Below are positions 21,365 through 31,114 of a stretch of 64,000 nucleotides of DNA, piece after piece (position 1 is the first letter of the stretch; the number at the start of each line of letters is the position of its first letter). Location: NCBI GenBank assembly GCA_965261595.1, contig CBDHDG010000002.1, positions 128,001 through 192,000 of the forward strand, in the 5' to 3' direction. This stretch comes from a bacterium (GTDB lineage: Bacteria; UBA8248; JACPRG01; G963555815). The translations under genes were made by a program, and so were the position numbers. The notes under the pieces were generated by a model. The model saw only the letters and a program-made list of their open reading frames with translations. It ran no database searches and had not been told where the DNA came from.

Positions 21365-21706
21365 ATGACAAAGGCGGAGTTGGTGGAGCAAGTCGCCGAA
21401 CAGATAGATCTGACGAAGAAAGAAACCGAGAGAATCGTGAATATCGTCTTCGGCTGCGTGGTCGACGCGCTTCGCCAGAGCGATAAGGTCGAGTTGAGGG
21501 GGTTCGGCAGTTTCCGGGTTCGTCACCGGGAGCCCCGCAACGGGCGAAATCCGAAGACAGGAACGACGGTCCAGATTCCGGCGAAGAAGGTGCCGTTCTT
21601 CAAGGCCGGAAAAGATCTCCGCGAATTGGTCAACGTCGCCCTCGAGCCCTTGGAGCGCGACACGGAGGCGGTTCCGGATCGATCCGTCGCGGAATCCGTT
21701 CCGTGA
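21365..21706 (+). CDS. ihfB: Integration host factor beta / HU family
   Basis: MTKAELVE, ELRGFGSF, GRNPKTG and FKAGKDLRE; synteny with rpsA. Confidence 0.88.
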   Translation: MTKAELVEQVAEQIDLTKKETERIVNIVFGCVVDALRQSDKVELRGFGSFRVRHREPRNGRNPKTGTTVQIPAKKVPFFKAGKDLRELVNVALEPLERDTEAVPDRSVAESVP

Positions 21707-22215
21707 GCCCGAACCCGCGGCCCATCGGCCCGGTTTCGCGCGGTGCGTCCGAAGACGCATAGGTTCCGATAGCCCCGTTCGGCATTCATCGTGATTCTTC
21801 TCTCTCCGATTCGCCTCGGCCGGTCCAGGGACCTGTCTCCGGACCGGTGAAGGCGGGGGCGCTTGCGCGCCGGCCGAACCGCGGATGGAGGGGGTCGTGC
21901 TCGTGATAACCTCTCCGGCGCACGGCCCTCCGAAAGTCTATCCCGGATTTCCCGCCAACCATGTACCCAAGGGGCGCCGGGGAGGGGGAGGGGGGGGCGA
22001 TGTTCAAGAGTGGGTCCACCCATTCGCGGGAGCGGTGGAGCGCGAAGAGGGTCGCAAACCCTAAGCCCCAGCCTCCTTGCTACACCGCCATTGAATCCGG
22101 CGCCTCCGTGAATCGCGGGGTGTCCAGGCCGAGCCCTCTCTTTTTTTTCGACAAGTGGTTCTCGCAAAACGAGCCGGCCGGATGAAGGAAAGCCACCCTT
22201 TCCCTTTTGTGAGAA

Positions 22216-23271
22216 ATGCAGGCTGACATCCATCCACTGAAGCGATTCATCGTGATGCCCGAAAAACCGGAGCCCCCCCCCCCCCTGGTCGGCGTCCTGG
22301 GCGCCACCGCGTCGGGAAAGCATGACCTGGCCCTCGCGTTGGCGCGTGAGTTTCCGGTCGAGGTCGTGTCGGTGGACTCGATGAAGGTGTACCGGGGGAT
22401 GGACATCGGGACGGCGAAGCCGAGCCGGGAGCGGCGCCGGGATCCGCCCCATCACATGATCGACCTGGCGGATCCGGATGAACCCTACACGGCCGCGCGA
22501 TTCGGCCGCGAGGCCCGGACGGTTATCGAGGGGATCCGCGCGCGAGGCCGGATTCCTCTGTTGGTGGGCGGCAGCGGGCTTTATTTGCGGGCCGTTCTGG
22601 GGTGGATCTTTCCCGGCCCGGAGGCCGATCCGGCCCTGCGGGACCGGCTTCGCCTGGAAGCCGACTCGGGAGGCGTCGAGCGGCTTCACCAGCGCCTCGC
22701 CGGGGTGGATCCCGAGACCGCCGCCGAAGTGGGATTGAGGGATCTCAAACGGATCGTCCGCGCCCTGGAGGTATACGAGAGGATCGGCGTTCCCATCTCC
22801 CGTCTTCGGGCCGAACACGCGCGGGGGCCTTCGCCGTTCCCGGACCCTCTGCTCCTTTGTCTGCGCTGGAGGCGTGAGGCGCTCTATGACCGGATCGACG
22901 GCCGCGTGAGATCGATGATGCGGGCGGGATGGATAGCGGAGGTTCGCGGCCTGCGCGGAAAGGGATATTCACCGGACCTTCCGGCGTTTCGGGCGCTCGG
23001 CTATGCTACGTTGTGGAAGGTCCTGGAGGGCGGGCTGGGACCCGAGGAAGCCGTCGAGATCATCCAGCGGGGGACCCGGCGGTTTGCCAAGCGTCAGATG
23101 GTCTGGTTCCGCGGGATGCCCGGGATCCAGTGGGTGGACGTTCCGGACTCGGGCCGGCGGGGCTGTGTCTCGGTTGTGTCGGGGCGCATCGCGGAATGCC
23201 TGGCGCGGCGCGGAGGGGATCTGTCGCGGAAGAAGATCTCTTCCTGTTCCGCTTCGGAGAGGGAATGGTGA
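22216..23271 (+). CDS. miaA: tRNA dimethylallyltransferase
   Basis: GATASGK, DSMKVYRGMDIGTAKP, VGGSGLY, RALEV and FAKRQ. Confidence 0.94.
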   Translation: MQADIHPLKRFIVMPEKPEPPPPLVGVLGATASGKHDLALALAREFPVEVVSVDSMKVYRGMDIGTAKPSRERRRDPPHHMIDLADPDEPYTAARFGREARTVIEGIRARGRIPLLVGGSGLYLRAVLGWIFPGPEADPALRDRLRLEADSGGVERLHQRLAGVDPETAAEVGLRDLKRIVRALEVYERIGVPISRLRAEHARGPSPFPDPLLLCLRWRREALYDRIDGRVRSMMRAGWIAEVRGLRGKGYSPDLPAFRALGYATLWKVLEGGLGPEEAVEIIQRGTRRFAKRQMVWFRGMPGIQWVDVPDSGRRGCVSVVSGRIAECLARRGGDLSRKKISSCSASEREW

Positions 23272-23834
23272 ACCTGATCCTGGTGGGCCCGAAGGCGTGC
23301 GGCAAGTCCACCGTCGGCAGGATCGCGGCGCGGTCCCTCGGGGCGTCCTTTCGGGATTCGGACAAAGTTCTGGAGGATGTCCACCGTGAACGGACGGGCG
23401 AACGAAAGACCTTTCGGGAAATCTACCGGGAGCGGGGGGAGGAATACTTCCGGGACCTGGAGCGGGAGGCCCTGGAGCGCTGTCTTCGCGGCGGGGACGG
23501 GGATCGCGTGGTGGCGCTGGGAGGCGGGACGCCCGTCCGCTTCGCGGTCGAGGGATCGATCGAGGGGTCGGGATTCATCGTCTATCTGGACCTCCCGGAG
23601 GAAATCCTCTGGGAGCGGATGAGCCGGCAAGGGCCGCCGGTCTACCTGGACCCGGCGGACCCGCGGGCGGATTTTCGAAGGAGCCTCGAAGAGCGCGGAC
23701 CGGTGTATGAGCGGATCGCGGACATTCGGGTGGATGCGGACGGACGCCCCGAGGCGATCGCGGCGGAGGTGGTCGCCCGATTCAGGGCGCGTCCCGAGAA
23801 AGCGCCGAGCGGGCGGCCGGCGGAGGAGGTGTGA
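23265..23834 (+). CDS. aroK: Shikimate kinase
   Basis: GPKACGKSTVG, GEEYFRDLE and ALGGG. Confidence 0.9.
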   Translation: MVNLILVGPKACGKSTVGRIAARSLGASFRDSDKVLEDVHRERTGERKTFREIYRERGEEYFRDLEREALERCLRGGDGDRVVALGGGTPVRFAVEGSIEGSGFIVYLDLPEEILWERMSRQGPPVYLDPADPRADFRRSLEERGPVYERIADIRVDADGRPEAIAAEVVARFRARPEKAPSGRPAEEV

Positions 23835-24941
23835 TTGAGCGGAAGCACGTTTGGTGAGCAGTATCGGGTAACAACCTGGGGCGAGTCGCACGGACCGGGC
23901 CTGGGGGCCGTGGTGGATGGTTGTCCGCCCGGAATGGATCTCTCCGCGTCCGACATTCAGCCCGACCTCGACCTGCGCCGGCCGGGACAGAGCCGGGTGA
24001 CCACCCAGCGGAAAGAAAGCGACCGGGTCGAGATTCTTTCCGGGCTGTTCGAGGGAAAGACCACGGGCGCCCCGATCTCAATGGTGTTTCAGAACGAAGA
24101 CGCCGATTCCTCGAAATACGACGAGATTCGGGACCTCTTCCGTCCGGGCCACGCCGACTACACCTATCTCGCCAAGTACGGCCTGCGGGACCATCGGGGC
24201 GGCGGCCGGTCCAGCGCCCGCGAGACGGCCGCCCGGGTCGCGGCCGGGTCCATCGCGCGCCGGTGTCTGGGCTTGCGGGACGTCCGCACCACGGCCTTCA
24301 TCCGCCGGATCGGAGATATGGTCTGGGACCCCCCGGAAGAAACCGCTTCCCTGGACCGCGCGGCGGTGTATCGGAGCATCGTCCGGTGCCCGGATGAGGA
24401 GATCTCGGCGCGGATGGTCGAGGCGATCGACGCTGCCCGGCGGGGCGGCGATTCCCTCGGCGGAATCGTCGAAGCGCGCGCAACGGGCGTTCCGCCGGGG
24501 CTGGGGCGTCCGGTCTTCGACAAGCTGGACGCCGACCTGGCGAAAGCGATGATGAGCATCCACGCCGTCAAGGGCGTGGAGATTGGCGCCGGGTTTCGCG
24601 CCGCCTCGATGACGGGTTTTCAGCACAACGACTCGATGTTCAACGACGGCGGCAAGCTCGGCTTTCGGTCCAACTCGGCCGGGGGCGTCCTGGGGGGGAT
24701 CTCCTCGGGGCAGGACATCGTCGTCCGCATCGCCGTCAAGCCGGCCTCCTCCATCCTGAGGGAGCAGGAGACGGTGGATGTGAATCTGGAGCCTCGGACG
24801 ATCCGCGTCGAAGGGAGGCACGATCCCTGTGTCTGCCCGCGCGCGGTGGTGGTCGCGGAGGCCATGCTGTGCATCGTCCTGCTGGATCACTGGCTGCGCC
24901 GCTTCGGCGAGCGGGGCGGCGCCGAGGGAAGGGCGGTCTGA
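23835..24941 (+). CDS. aroC: Chorismate synthase
   Basis: GESHG, RPGHAD, RSSARET and GRHDPC. Confidence 0.97.
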   Translation: MSGSTFGEQYRVTTWGESHGPGLGAVVDGCPPGMDLSASDIQPDLDLRRPGQSRVTTQRKESDRVEILSGLFEGKTTGAPISMVFQNEDADSSKYDEIRDLFRPGHADYTYLAKYGLRDHRGGGRSSARETAARVAAGSIARRCLGLRDVRTTAFIRRIGDMVWDPPEETASLDRAAVYRSIVRCPDEEISARMVEAIDAARRGGDSLGGIVEARATGVPPGLGRPVFDKLDADLAKAMMSIHAVKGVEIGAGFRAASMTGFQHNDSMFNDGGKLGFRSNSAGGVLGGISSGQDIVVRIAVKPASSILREQETVDVNLEPRTIRVEGRHDPCVCPRAVVVAEAMLCIVLLDHWLRRFGERGGAEGRAV

Positions 24942-24942
24942 G

Positions 24943-26217
24943 ATGAGGTTGGAGGTCTCGAAATCGGACCTCATGGGGACGGTGGCCATTCCGCCCAGCA
25001 AGTCGCACACCATCCGCGCCGTGGCCCTGGCCGCGCTGGCGGACGGCACGTCGGAAATCCTGAACCCGCTGGAGTCGGAAGACGCCGAGGCGGCGGCCCG
25101 GCTCTACCGGGCGTTGGGCGCGAAGATCCACAAGGAAGAGGGCCGGTGGATCGTAGAGGGGGCGGGGGATCGGCCGGCGGCGCCGGATGACGTCATCGAT
25201 GTCGCCAACTCGGGGACGACTTGCTGGATCGGGATGGGTTCGGCGGCGCTGTGCCGGGGCTACTCCGTCATCACGGGCGATGAGCAGACCCGCGGGCGTC
25301 CGATGGAGTCTCTGTTGAGCGCCCTGACCGACCTGGGGGCGGAGGCGTTCAGCACCAGGGGAAACGGCTGCCTGCCGGCCGTCATCTGCGGCCGGATGAA
25401 GGGGGGGGAGACCACGGTGGAGGGCGTCACCTCCCAGTTCCTCACGAGCCTGTTGATCAACTGTCCGTTGGCCCCCGAGGACACCATCGTCCACGTTTCC
25501 GGATTGCGGGAACGGCCGTACATCGACATGACCCTGCGCTGGCTGGAGAAGCAGGAGGTCATGCCGAAGAACGACAACTATGAGACCTTCACCATCCCCG
25601 GGGGCCGCTCGTATCTCCCCTTCCGGGAGGTGGTCCCGGCGGACTTCTCATCGGCGACGTTTTTCCTGTGCGCGGCGGCCATCACGAATTCGGGGATCAT
25701 GCTCCATGGCCTGGACATGGAAGACACCCAGGGCGACAAGGAGGTCGTGAACTTCTTGATCGACATGGGCGCGGACATCGACATCACGCACAAGGGCGTT
25801 CGGGTCCGGGGCGCGGACCTTCAGGGAAGGGAGCTGGACCTGAGCGACACGCCCGACGCTTTGCCCGCCCTCGCCGTCGTGGGATGCTTCGCCTGGGGGG
25901 AGACCGTCCTGAAGAACGTCGCGCACGCCCGCATCAAGGAAACCGACCGCATCGCGGTCATGGCCGAGAACCTCCGGCGCATGGGGGCGGACATCGAGGA
26001 GCTGTCCGACGGGCTGGTGATCCGGCGGAGCGATCTCCACGGCGCGGCCGTGGACGGCGCCGGGGACCATCGCGTCGTCATGGCCCTGGCCGTCGCGGGC
26101 CTGCGGGCGCGCGGCCTGACGCACATCACCAACGCCGAGGCCGTCAACGTCACCTTCCCCACCTTCCCGGATCTGATGAACGAGCTGGGCGCGAACATGC
26201 GGCTGGTCCGGGGGTAG
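24943..26217 (+). CDS. aroA: EPSP synthase
   Basis: PPSKSH, NSGTT, SQF, KETDR and DHR. Confidence 0.96.
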   Translation: MRLEVSKSDLMGTVAIPPSKSHTIRAVALAALADGTSEILNPLESEDAEAAARLYRALGAKIHKEEGRWIVEGAGDRPAAPDDVIDVANSGTTCWIGMGSAALCRGYSVITGDEQTRGRPMESLLSALTDLGAEAFSTRGNGCLPAVICGRMKGGETTVEGVTSQFLTSLLINCPLAPEDTIVHVSGLRERPYIDMTLRWLEKQEVMPKNDNYETFTIPGGRSYLPFREVVPADFSSATFFLCAAAITNSGIMLHGLDMEDTQGDKEVVNFLIDMGADIDITHKGVRVRGADLQGRELDLSDTPDALPALAVVGCFAWGETVLKNVAHARIKETDRIAVMAENLRRMGADIEELSDGLVIRRSDLHGAAVDGAGDHRVVMALAVAGLRARGLTHITNAEAVNVTFPTFPDLMNELGANMRLVRG

Positions 26218-26332
26218 GCGGGGATTTCTCGCCCAACCAGCGACGAAAGGGGGAGGGTGGCGGACCGACTCCCTCAGGGTTGAGGGCCATGCGCCGAGCG
26301 GCCGCTTTGACGCCTGCTCCCTCTTTTCTCCC

Positions 26333-27129
26333 TCACAGCAAATCGTCGAAATCCGATTCCAGCAGGAGCGCGCGGGAGATCTTGTTGTCCACGCAGAAGT
26401 GCTTGACGAGGAAGACCACCTCCAGGACCCCCTTCTCGCTCAGCCCCAGCCGGCGGACCTCCCGCATGTGGAAGTCGATCCCTAATCCGACTTGGCGGTC
26501 ATGGACGCCGCCAGCGCCAGGATCTCCTTGGTGAGGCGGTCGAGCTTTCGGCCCGTGAACGCGGTCTTCACGTAACTCCAGTGGTCGCCCAGGTAGCCGG
26601 GGTCGTTCGCCATCACGCGGTGGACCCCCGGGACGAAATCCATCTCGTAGAAGCCCTTGATGTCGTCGAAGACCTCTTTGACCTTCCCGGCGGCCTTGGC
26701 CTCATCCACCAGGGAAACAAGGGGTTTGCGGATGCCTGGGTCGTTGAAGGGCAGGGGGACCCACACGCCGTCCGCCACAGCGTTGATCCCATGGACGGTC
26801 CCGACCGTGTAGGCCAGCTCGTACCAGATGTCGTCGTCCTTCAGGCCTTGCTGCTTCCCGGCAGCGGTGTGCGAGGCCGTTCAGTAGGGGCAGACGTTGA
26901 TGGCGCTGACCGCCGAGGCGATGAGCTCCTTCGTCGTCCGGGGGAGCGCGCCCGGGGAGAGCGCCCGCCGGGTGCACCGCCCCTGGCCGGCCCGGAACTC
27001 CGGGTAGTGGCTCAGGACACGAACCATCTTCGGGACGAAATCGATGTTGAAGAACTCCTTGACGTGCTGGAACTGCTTTTGCGTCTCTTCGGGAAATTCG
27101 GATTCGTCCCGAATGCGGACGGTCTCCAT
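26333..27129 (-). CDS. Tandem carboxymuconolactone decarboxylase/AhpD-like protein, putative selenoprotein (CPYU), with an apparent 1-nt deletion near 26482
   Basis: KELIASAVSAINVCPY-TGA(26881-26883)-TASH continues in frame into a second CMD repeat KEILALAASMTAKSD[Y]GIDFH...LL-stop. Span is 797 nt, one short of 266 codons. Confidence 0.8.
26844..26878 (-). promoter_or_regulatory. Candidate bacterial SECIS hairpin
   Basis: GGCCT..GCTGC-CGGGAA-GCAGC..AGGCC directly 3' of the UGA. Confidence 0.65.
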
Positions 27130-27265
27130 GGGTCACCTCCTCAGAGATGGAAAATTCCGGAGAACTCCCGGGCTGTATGGCCTTCAGCCATTCGCCGTGT
27201 GGAACGTTCCCTGGTGCGGCGCCTTGAAAATCGCATTACTTATCGAGACTCGAACTGTCCTTTCG

Positions 27266-27376
27266 GGCCGGGCAAGGGGTCAACCGACCCGAGGGGTCAA
27301 CCGACCCAAACGCCCGGCCTGCCGGTGGACGGAAAGCCGGGATCTTCAGACAGGTAGGGCGGGCATCTTGCCCGCC
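27266..27376. repeat. REP-like doublet
   Basis: GGCCGGGCA-(AGGGGTCAACCGACCC)x2-...GCCCGGCC, then GTAG-GGCGGGCATCTTGCCCGCC. Confidence 0.75.
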
Positions 27377-27448
27377 TTCTCCGCAATTCGTGAAGGGTCA
27401 GCTTATTTTCGAGACGTACCATGAGCTTCCGGGAACCGCGCCTTGATT

Positions 27449-28168
27449 TCAGCGGGCCGCGGACAAAGACCGGAGCGCTTCAGGCGCCTCCCGGAAATGC
27501 CGGATCAGGACGTCCGGCGCCGCTCTCGCAAGCCGCGCTTCGCTGTTGTAGCTCATGGGCCAATCGACGGCGATCGTCATGACGCCCGTCTTTTGGGCCT
27601 CTCGAATGTCTTTTTCCATGTGCCCCGCGTACGCGCAAGTCTCGATGGGAATTTCATTCTCGGACAGGATATGCAGAATCCCGTGGGCCTTTGTTCTGCC
27701 GATGTGGTCGGGATTGAAGACCGTCGTCCACTCCCGCGCCGCGAGAGAGACGCGGGATTCTGGGAAAAATTTCCCCAACCCCAGACGCTCGATCTCCGCG
27801 CGGACGAATTCTCCTCCTTTCGATGTAATGATGGAGCAGGTCACGCCGTCCCGACGCAACTCTTCGAGCACCTCGGCGGCGCCCTCACACAGCTTCCCCT
27901 TCGGCTCGCCCTTCGTGGCGCGGACCAGCTCCGCCCGCAGCACCTCCCGGTCGTAACCCGGCATGAATTCCGGAATGATGAACTCGTCCAGCGTCCCCTC
28001 GGTGACGTCGCGAAAGTGATCGAACGTGATTTCGCTCAGGCCGTGCAGGACCAGGACCTTATTCGTGATCGAAAACGCGACGCGCACGTCGTCGTAAAGG
28101 ATCCCGGGAAAGCTCAGGATGAGGTGATCGATGGGCCGGGCGGACGCGGCGTCCCGTGATGCCTCCAT
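27449..28168 (-). CDS. HAD-fold protein with degenerate catalytic motifs
   Basis: AAGGAG RBS. HAD/PGP-like layout (IITSK, D..AQKTGV, APDVLI), but motif I reads SFPG and motif IV reads GH. Confidence 0.7.
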   Translation of the reverse strand: MEASRDAASARPIDHLILSFPGILYDDVRVAFSITNKVLVLHGLSEITFDHFRDVTEGTLDEFIIPEFMPGYDREVLRAELVRATKGEPKGKLCEGAAEVLEELRRDGVTCSIITSKGGEFVRAEIERLGLGKFFPESRVSLAAREWTTVFNPDHIGRTKAHGILHILSENEIPIETCAYAGHMEKDIREAQKTGVMTIAVDWPMSYNSEARLARAAPDVLIRHFREAPEALRSLSAAR

Positions 28169-28254
28169 GCTGTCCGCTCCTTTTCGGGACCGATGGGCCC
28201 GGTCTTCTCCGGCCCCGGACCATCGCCGGGAACGGGGCCGCGGTGTGAGGGGGT

Positions 28255-28869
28255 TCATGAAGTCCCGGGCGTCTCTCCGATGCGGACGCCTTCGAGCCCG
28301 AGCATCCGGGCTTTGGTCGAGACGCCGCCGGGCGCCGAGAATCCTCTCAGGTCCCCCCGGGACCCGATGACCCGGTGTCACGGAACGGCGATGGGAAGCC
28401 GGTTTTTGGCCATGACGACGCCCACCGCGCGGGCGGCCCCGGGCGAGCCGGCCGCGGTCGCCACCTGGCCGTACGTCCGGACCCGTCCCCAACCGATTTT
28501 CCGGGTCACGCGCGTCACCCGCCGGGAGAAGGGAGAAAGGTCCGAGAGGTCGAGGTCGAAGCTCAGCGTGACCGGTTTGCCTTCAAAGTAATCTTCGACC
28601 GATTGGATGACCCGTCGAAGAAAGGGGTTGGGGGGATTGCTCAACCGGGCATCCAAATCCCTCAACTCGGCCTCGACTTGTCCCCGGCTGTCGAGATGGA
28701 GGATCAGGCGGCGGAGACCTCGTTGGGTGGCGGCGGCGCCTGCCCAACCGAAGGCCGTCCGAAAAGCGGCGCCTTCGAGTCCGGAAGGAGGTTGGGGCCC
28801 CGGACCGGCTTTCGCATTTCGAGGGGGCTGATTGCGGCCGTTCGAAGCGGTCATCGATTTCTCCTTCAC
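28255..28869 (-). CDS. ogt: O6-methylguanine-DNA-protein methyltransferase, putative selenoprotein (PUHRV)
   Basis: GRVRTYGQVA, ARAVG..MAKN.LPIAVP-TGA(28378-28380)-HRVIGS.GDLRGFSAPGG...K..ML.LEG. Confidence 0.9.
28347..28367 (-). promoter_or_regulatory. Candidate SECIS hairpin
   Basis: TCGGGTCCC-GGG-GGGACCTGA 9-bp stem after a 10-nt spacer 3' of the UGA. Confidence 0.65.
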
Positions 28870-28885
28870 CCATAGGTCTTGTGCT

Positions 28886-28916
28886 TGCTACGCTGAAAGC
28901 GTACAGTATATAGTAT
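28886..28916 (+). promoter_or_regulatory. Sigma70-type promoter overlapped by an NrdR-box-like site
   Basis: TTGCTA-N17-TATAGT; GTACAGTATATAGTAT (28901-28916) matches 12/16 of acaCwAtATaTwGtgt. Confidence 0.55.
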
Positions 28917-29149
28917 CTTCGCGAAAGATAGTCTCCTGTCTGGCATGTCGAGTGGAGTTGGTGGTTCGCCCAGAAAGCGGCGGCGGATTGCGCGGATTAC
29001 GCCGGCGTTTCATTTCAAATCGGCCGTCCGTTTGTTTGAGGCGGGTTCGGTCCGTTGGTTTATGCGGACGCATGCAAGGCGCTGAGGTTTCACCGAGATC
29101 GCCGGAGAATCAGTCGGCCCGCGGCGCTTGAAAGGGAGAATGGATCTCC

Positions 29150-30409
29150 GTGAGACGAACACTTGAGGACATCGATCCGGAAATCGCCCGCGTTATCGAC
29201 CTTGAGCAGACCCGGCAGGAAGAAGGTCTCGAGCTCATCGCGTCGGAGAACTTCACAAGCGCGGCGGTGATGGAGGTCCAGGGGTCGGTCCTGACGAACA
29301 AGTACGCCGAAGGGCTGCCCGGCCGCCGGTATTACGGGGGCTGTGAGCATGTAGACACGGCCGAGAACCTTGCGCGCGAACGGGTCAAGGCCCTGTTCGG
29401 CGCCGCCCATGCCAACGTTCAACCTCATTCGGGGACGCAGGCGGTGACGGCCGGATACCTGGCTTTTATCCGTCCGGGCGACACCATCCTCGGCATGAAC
29501 CTGGCCCACGGAGGCCACCTGACCCACGGAAGTCCCGTCAGTATTTCCGGGGGCCTGTTCAACGTTGTCGCCTACGGCGTGGACCCGAAGACCGAGCGGA
29601 TCGACTTCGACGACGTTCGCTCCAAGGCGCGGGAACACCGTCCGGCCATGATCGTCGTCGGGGCGAGCGCCTACCCGCGCGTGATCGAGTTCGATCGGTT
29701 CCGGGAGATCGCCGATGAGGTGGGCGCGAAGGTCATGGTCGACATGGCCCATATCGCCGGCCTGATTGCGGCCGGAGCTCACCCCAATCCTGTTCCCCAT
29801 GCCGACGTTGTCGCCGCCACGACGCACAAGACGTTGCGCGGACCGCGCGGCGGGTTTGTGCTGACCAACGATGAGGAGACCGCGAAGGCGCTGAACAAGA
29901 AAGTCTTTCCGTACCTTCAGGGAGGCCCTTTGATGCACGTCATCGCGGCCAAGGCGGTGGCTTTCAAAGAGGCGGCGACGGAGGCGTTCCGGGACTATCA
30001 GCGGCAGATCGTGCGCAATGCCGCGGCGCTGGCCGACGCCCTGCTTTCGAGCGGAACCCCGCTCATCTCGGGGGGAACGGACAACCATCTCATGCTCGTC
30101 GATTTGCGCAAGAGTCCGGTGGACGGGAAGACCGCCCAGCTCGCCCTGGAAGCGGCCGGGATCACGGCGAACCGGAACGCCGTGCCGTTTGACGAGCGCT
30201 CCCCCTTCGTGGCCAGCGGGGTCCGGATCGGGACGCCCGCCGTGACGACCCGGGGAATGCGGGAAGAGGAGATGCGCCGGATCGGCCGGTGGATCTCGGA
30301 GATTTTGGGCGACGTGGAGAACACCGCCTTGCAGGCCAAGATCCGCGAGGACGTCCGGGAGCTCTGCGGAAGGTTTCCCCTCTATGCGGGAAGCCCGGCC
30401 GCGGCCTGA
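29150..30409 (+). CDS. glyA: Serine hydroxymethyltransferase
   Basis: LIASENF, NKYAEG, GGHLTHG and [12 protein letters not shown]. Confidence 0.98.
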   Translation: MRRTLEDIDPEIARVIDLEQTRQEEGLELIASENFTSAAVMEVQGSVLTNKYAEGLPGRRYYGGCEHVDTAENLARERVKALFGAAHANVQPHSGTQAVTAGYLAFIRPGDTILGMNLAHGGHLTHGSPVSISGGLFNVVAYGVDPKTERIDFDDVRSKAREHRPAMIVVGASAYPRVIEFDRFREIADEVGAKVMVDMAHIAGLIAAGAHPNPVPHADVVAATTHKTLRGPRGGFVLTNDEETAKALNKKVFPYLQGGPLMHVIAAKAVAFKEAATEAFRDYQRQIVRNAAALADALLSSGTPLISGGTDNHLMLVDLRKSPVDGKTAQLALEAAGITANRNAVPFDERSPFVASGVRIGTPAVTTRGMREEEMRRIGRWISEILGDVENTALQAKIREDVRELCGRFPLYAGSPAAA

Positions 30410-30432
30410 GCCCTCCACGGGAGGTTTTTTTC

Positions 30433-30957
30433 ATGAAATGTCCATCGTGCGGCTCGACGGGAACGAAGGTCATCGACTCGCGCTTGACCAAGGACGGCAA
30501 CGCCATCCGCCGCCGCCGCGAATGTGAGAGCTGCGAGCGGCGCTTCACGACGTATGAGCGCCTGGAAGAGGTCTTTCCGCTTCTGGTGAAAAAGGACGGC
30601 CGGCGCGAGCCGTTCGAACGCGGCAAAGTCCTGGCCGGAATCCAGAAAGCGCTGGAGAAGCGCCCGGTGAGCGCGGATGTGCAGGAGGCGATGGTCGACC
30701 GGGTCGGGCGGTACATCCTCGAATCGGGGGAGAAAGAGATCCCCAGCGGGGTGATCGGCGAGCGGGTCATGGCCGCGCTCCGGGAAGTGGACCATGTGGC
30801 GTACGTGCGCTTCGCGTCCGTTTACAGGTCATTCAAGGATCTGGACGACTTCATGGTTCAACTGAAGGAGTTGTTGGCGGAGCATGCACACGGAAACGAC
30901 GCGGTGTCGGCGGACCTCGCGGCCGCGCGTTTCGAGGGGTCCTCTCCCGGCCCTTGA
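30433..30957 (+). CDS. nrdR: Transcriptional repressor NrdR
   Basis: [15 protein letters not shown] zinc ribbon, ATP cone and [10 protein letters not shown]. Confidence 0.97.
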   Translation: MKCPSCGSTGTKVIDSRLTKDGNAIRRRRECESCERRFTTYERLEEVFPLLVKKDGRREPFERGKVLAGIQKALEKRPVSADVQEAMVDRVGRYILESGEKEIPSGVIGERVMAALREVDHVAYVRFASVYRSFKDLDDFMVQLKELLAEHAHGNDAVSADLAAARFEGSSPGP

Positions 30958-31114
30958 GATCGCCCCCTCTCCCTCCCCCCCCCCGGGTCAACCGAAAATT
31001 TACGATTTCCAGACATAACCGGGACATCAGGAATCCGCGCGTGTGGAAGAATGCCTTGCCGTCGGCCGGATTCCGTTCCATGTTGAGCGTGGCGCATGTC
31101 CTGGAGGAATTTCC

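Noticed and set aside
21707..22215. Structured ncRNA (SRP, 6S or c-di-GMP riboswitch) between ihfB and miaA
   Set aside because: Only generic GC hairpins and no diagnostic motif; a covariance-model search would be needed.
26482..26484. Pyrrolysine or TAG readthrough in the CMD gene
   Set aside because: The homologous continuation (GIDFH...) is in a different frame, so this is a 1-nt deletion and not readthrough.
28917..29149. ZTP or THF riboswitch ahead of glyA
   Set aside because: Consensus elements were not recognisable by eye.
14209..30957. Genome-wide reassignment of UGA (genetic code 4 or 25)
   Set aside because: TGA terminates pheA, hisC, aroC, glyA and others at their expected ends, some overlapping or abutting the next start, and TGG is used for Trp.
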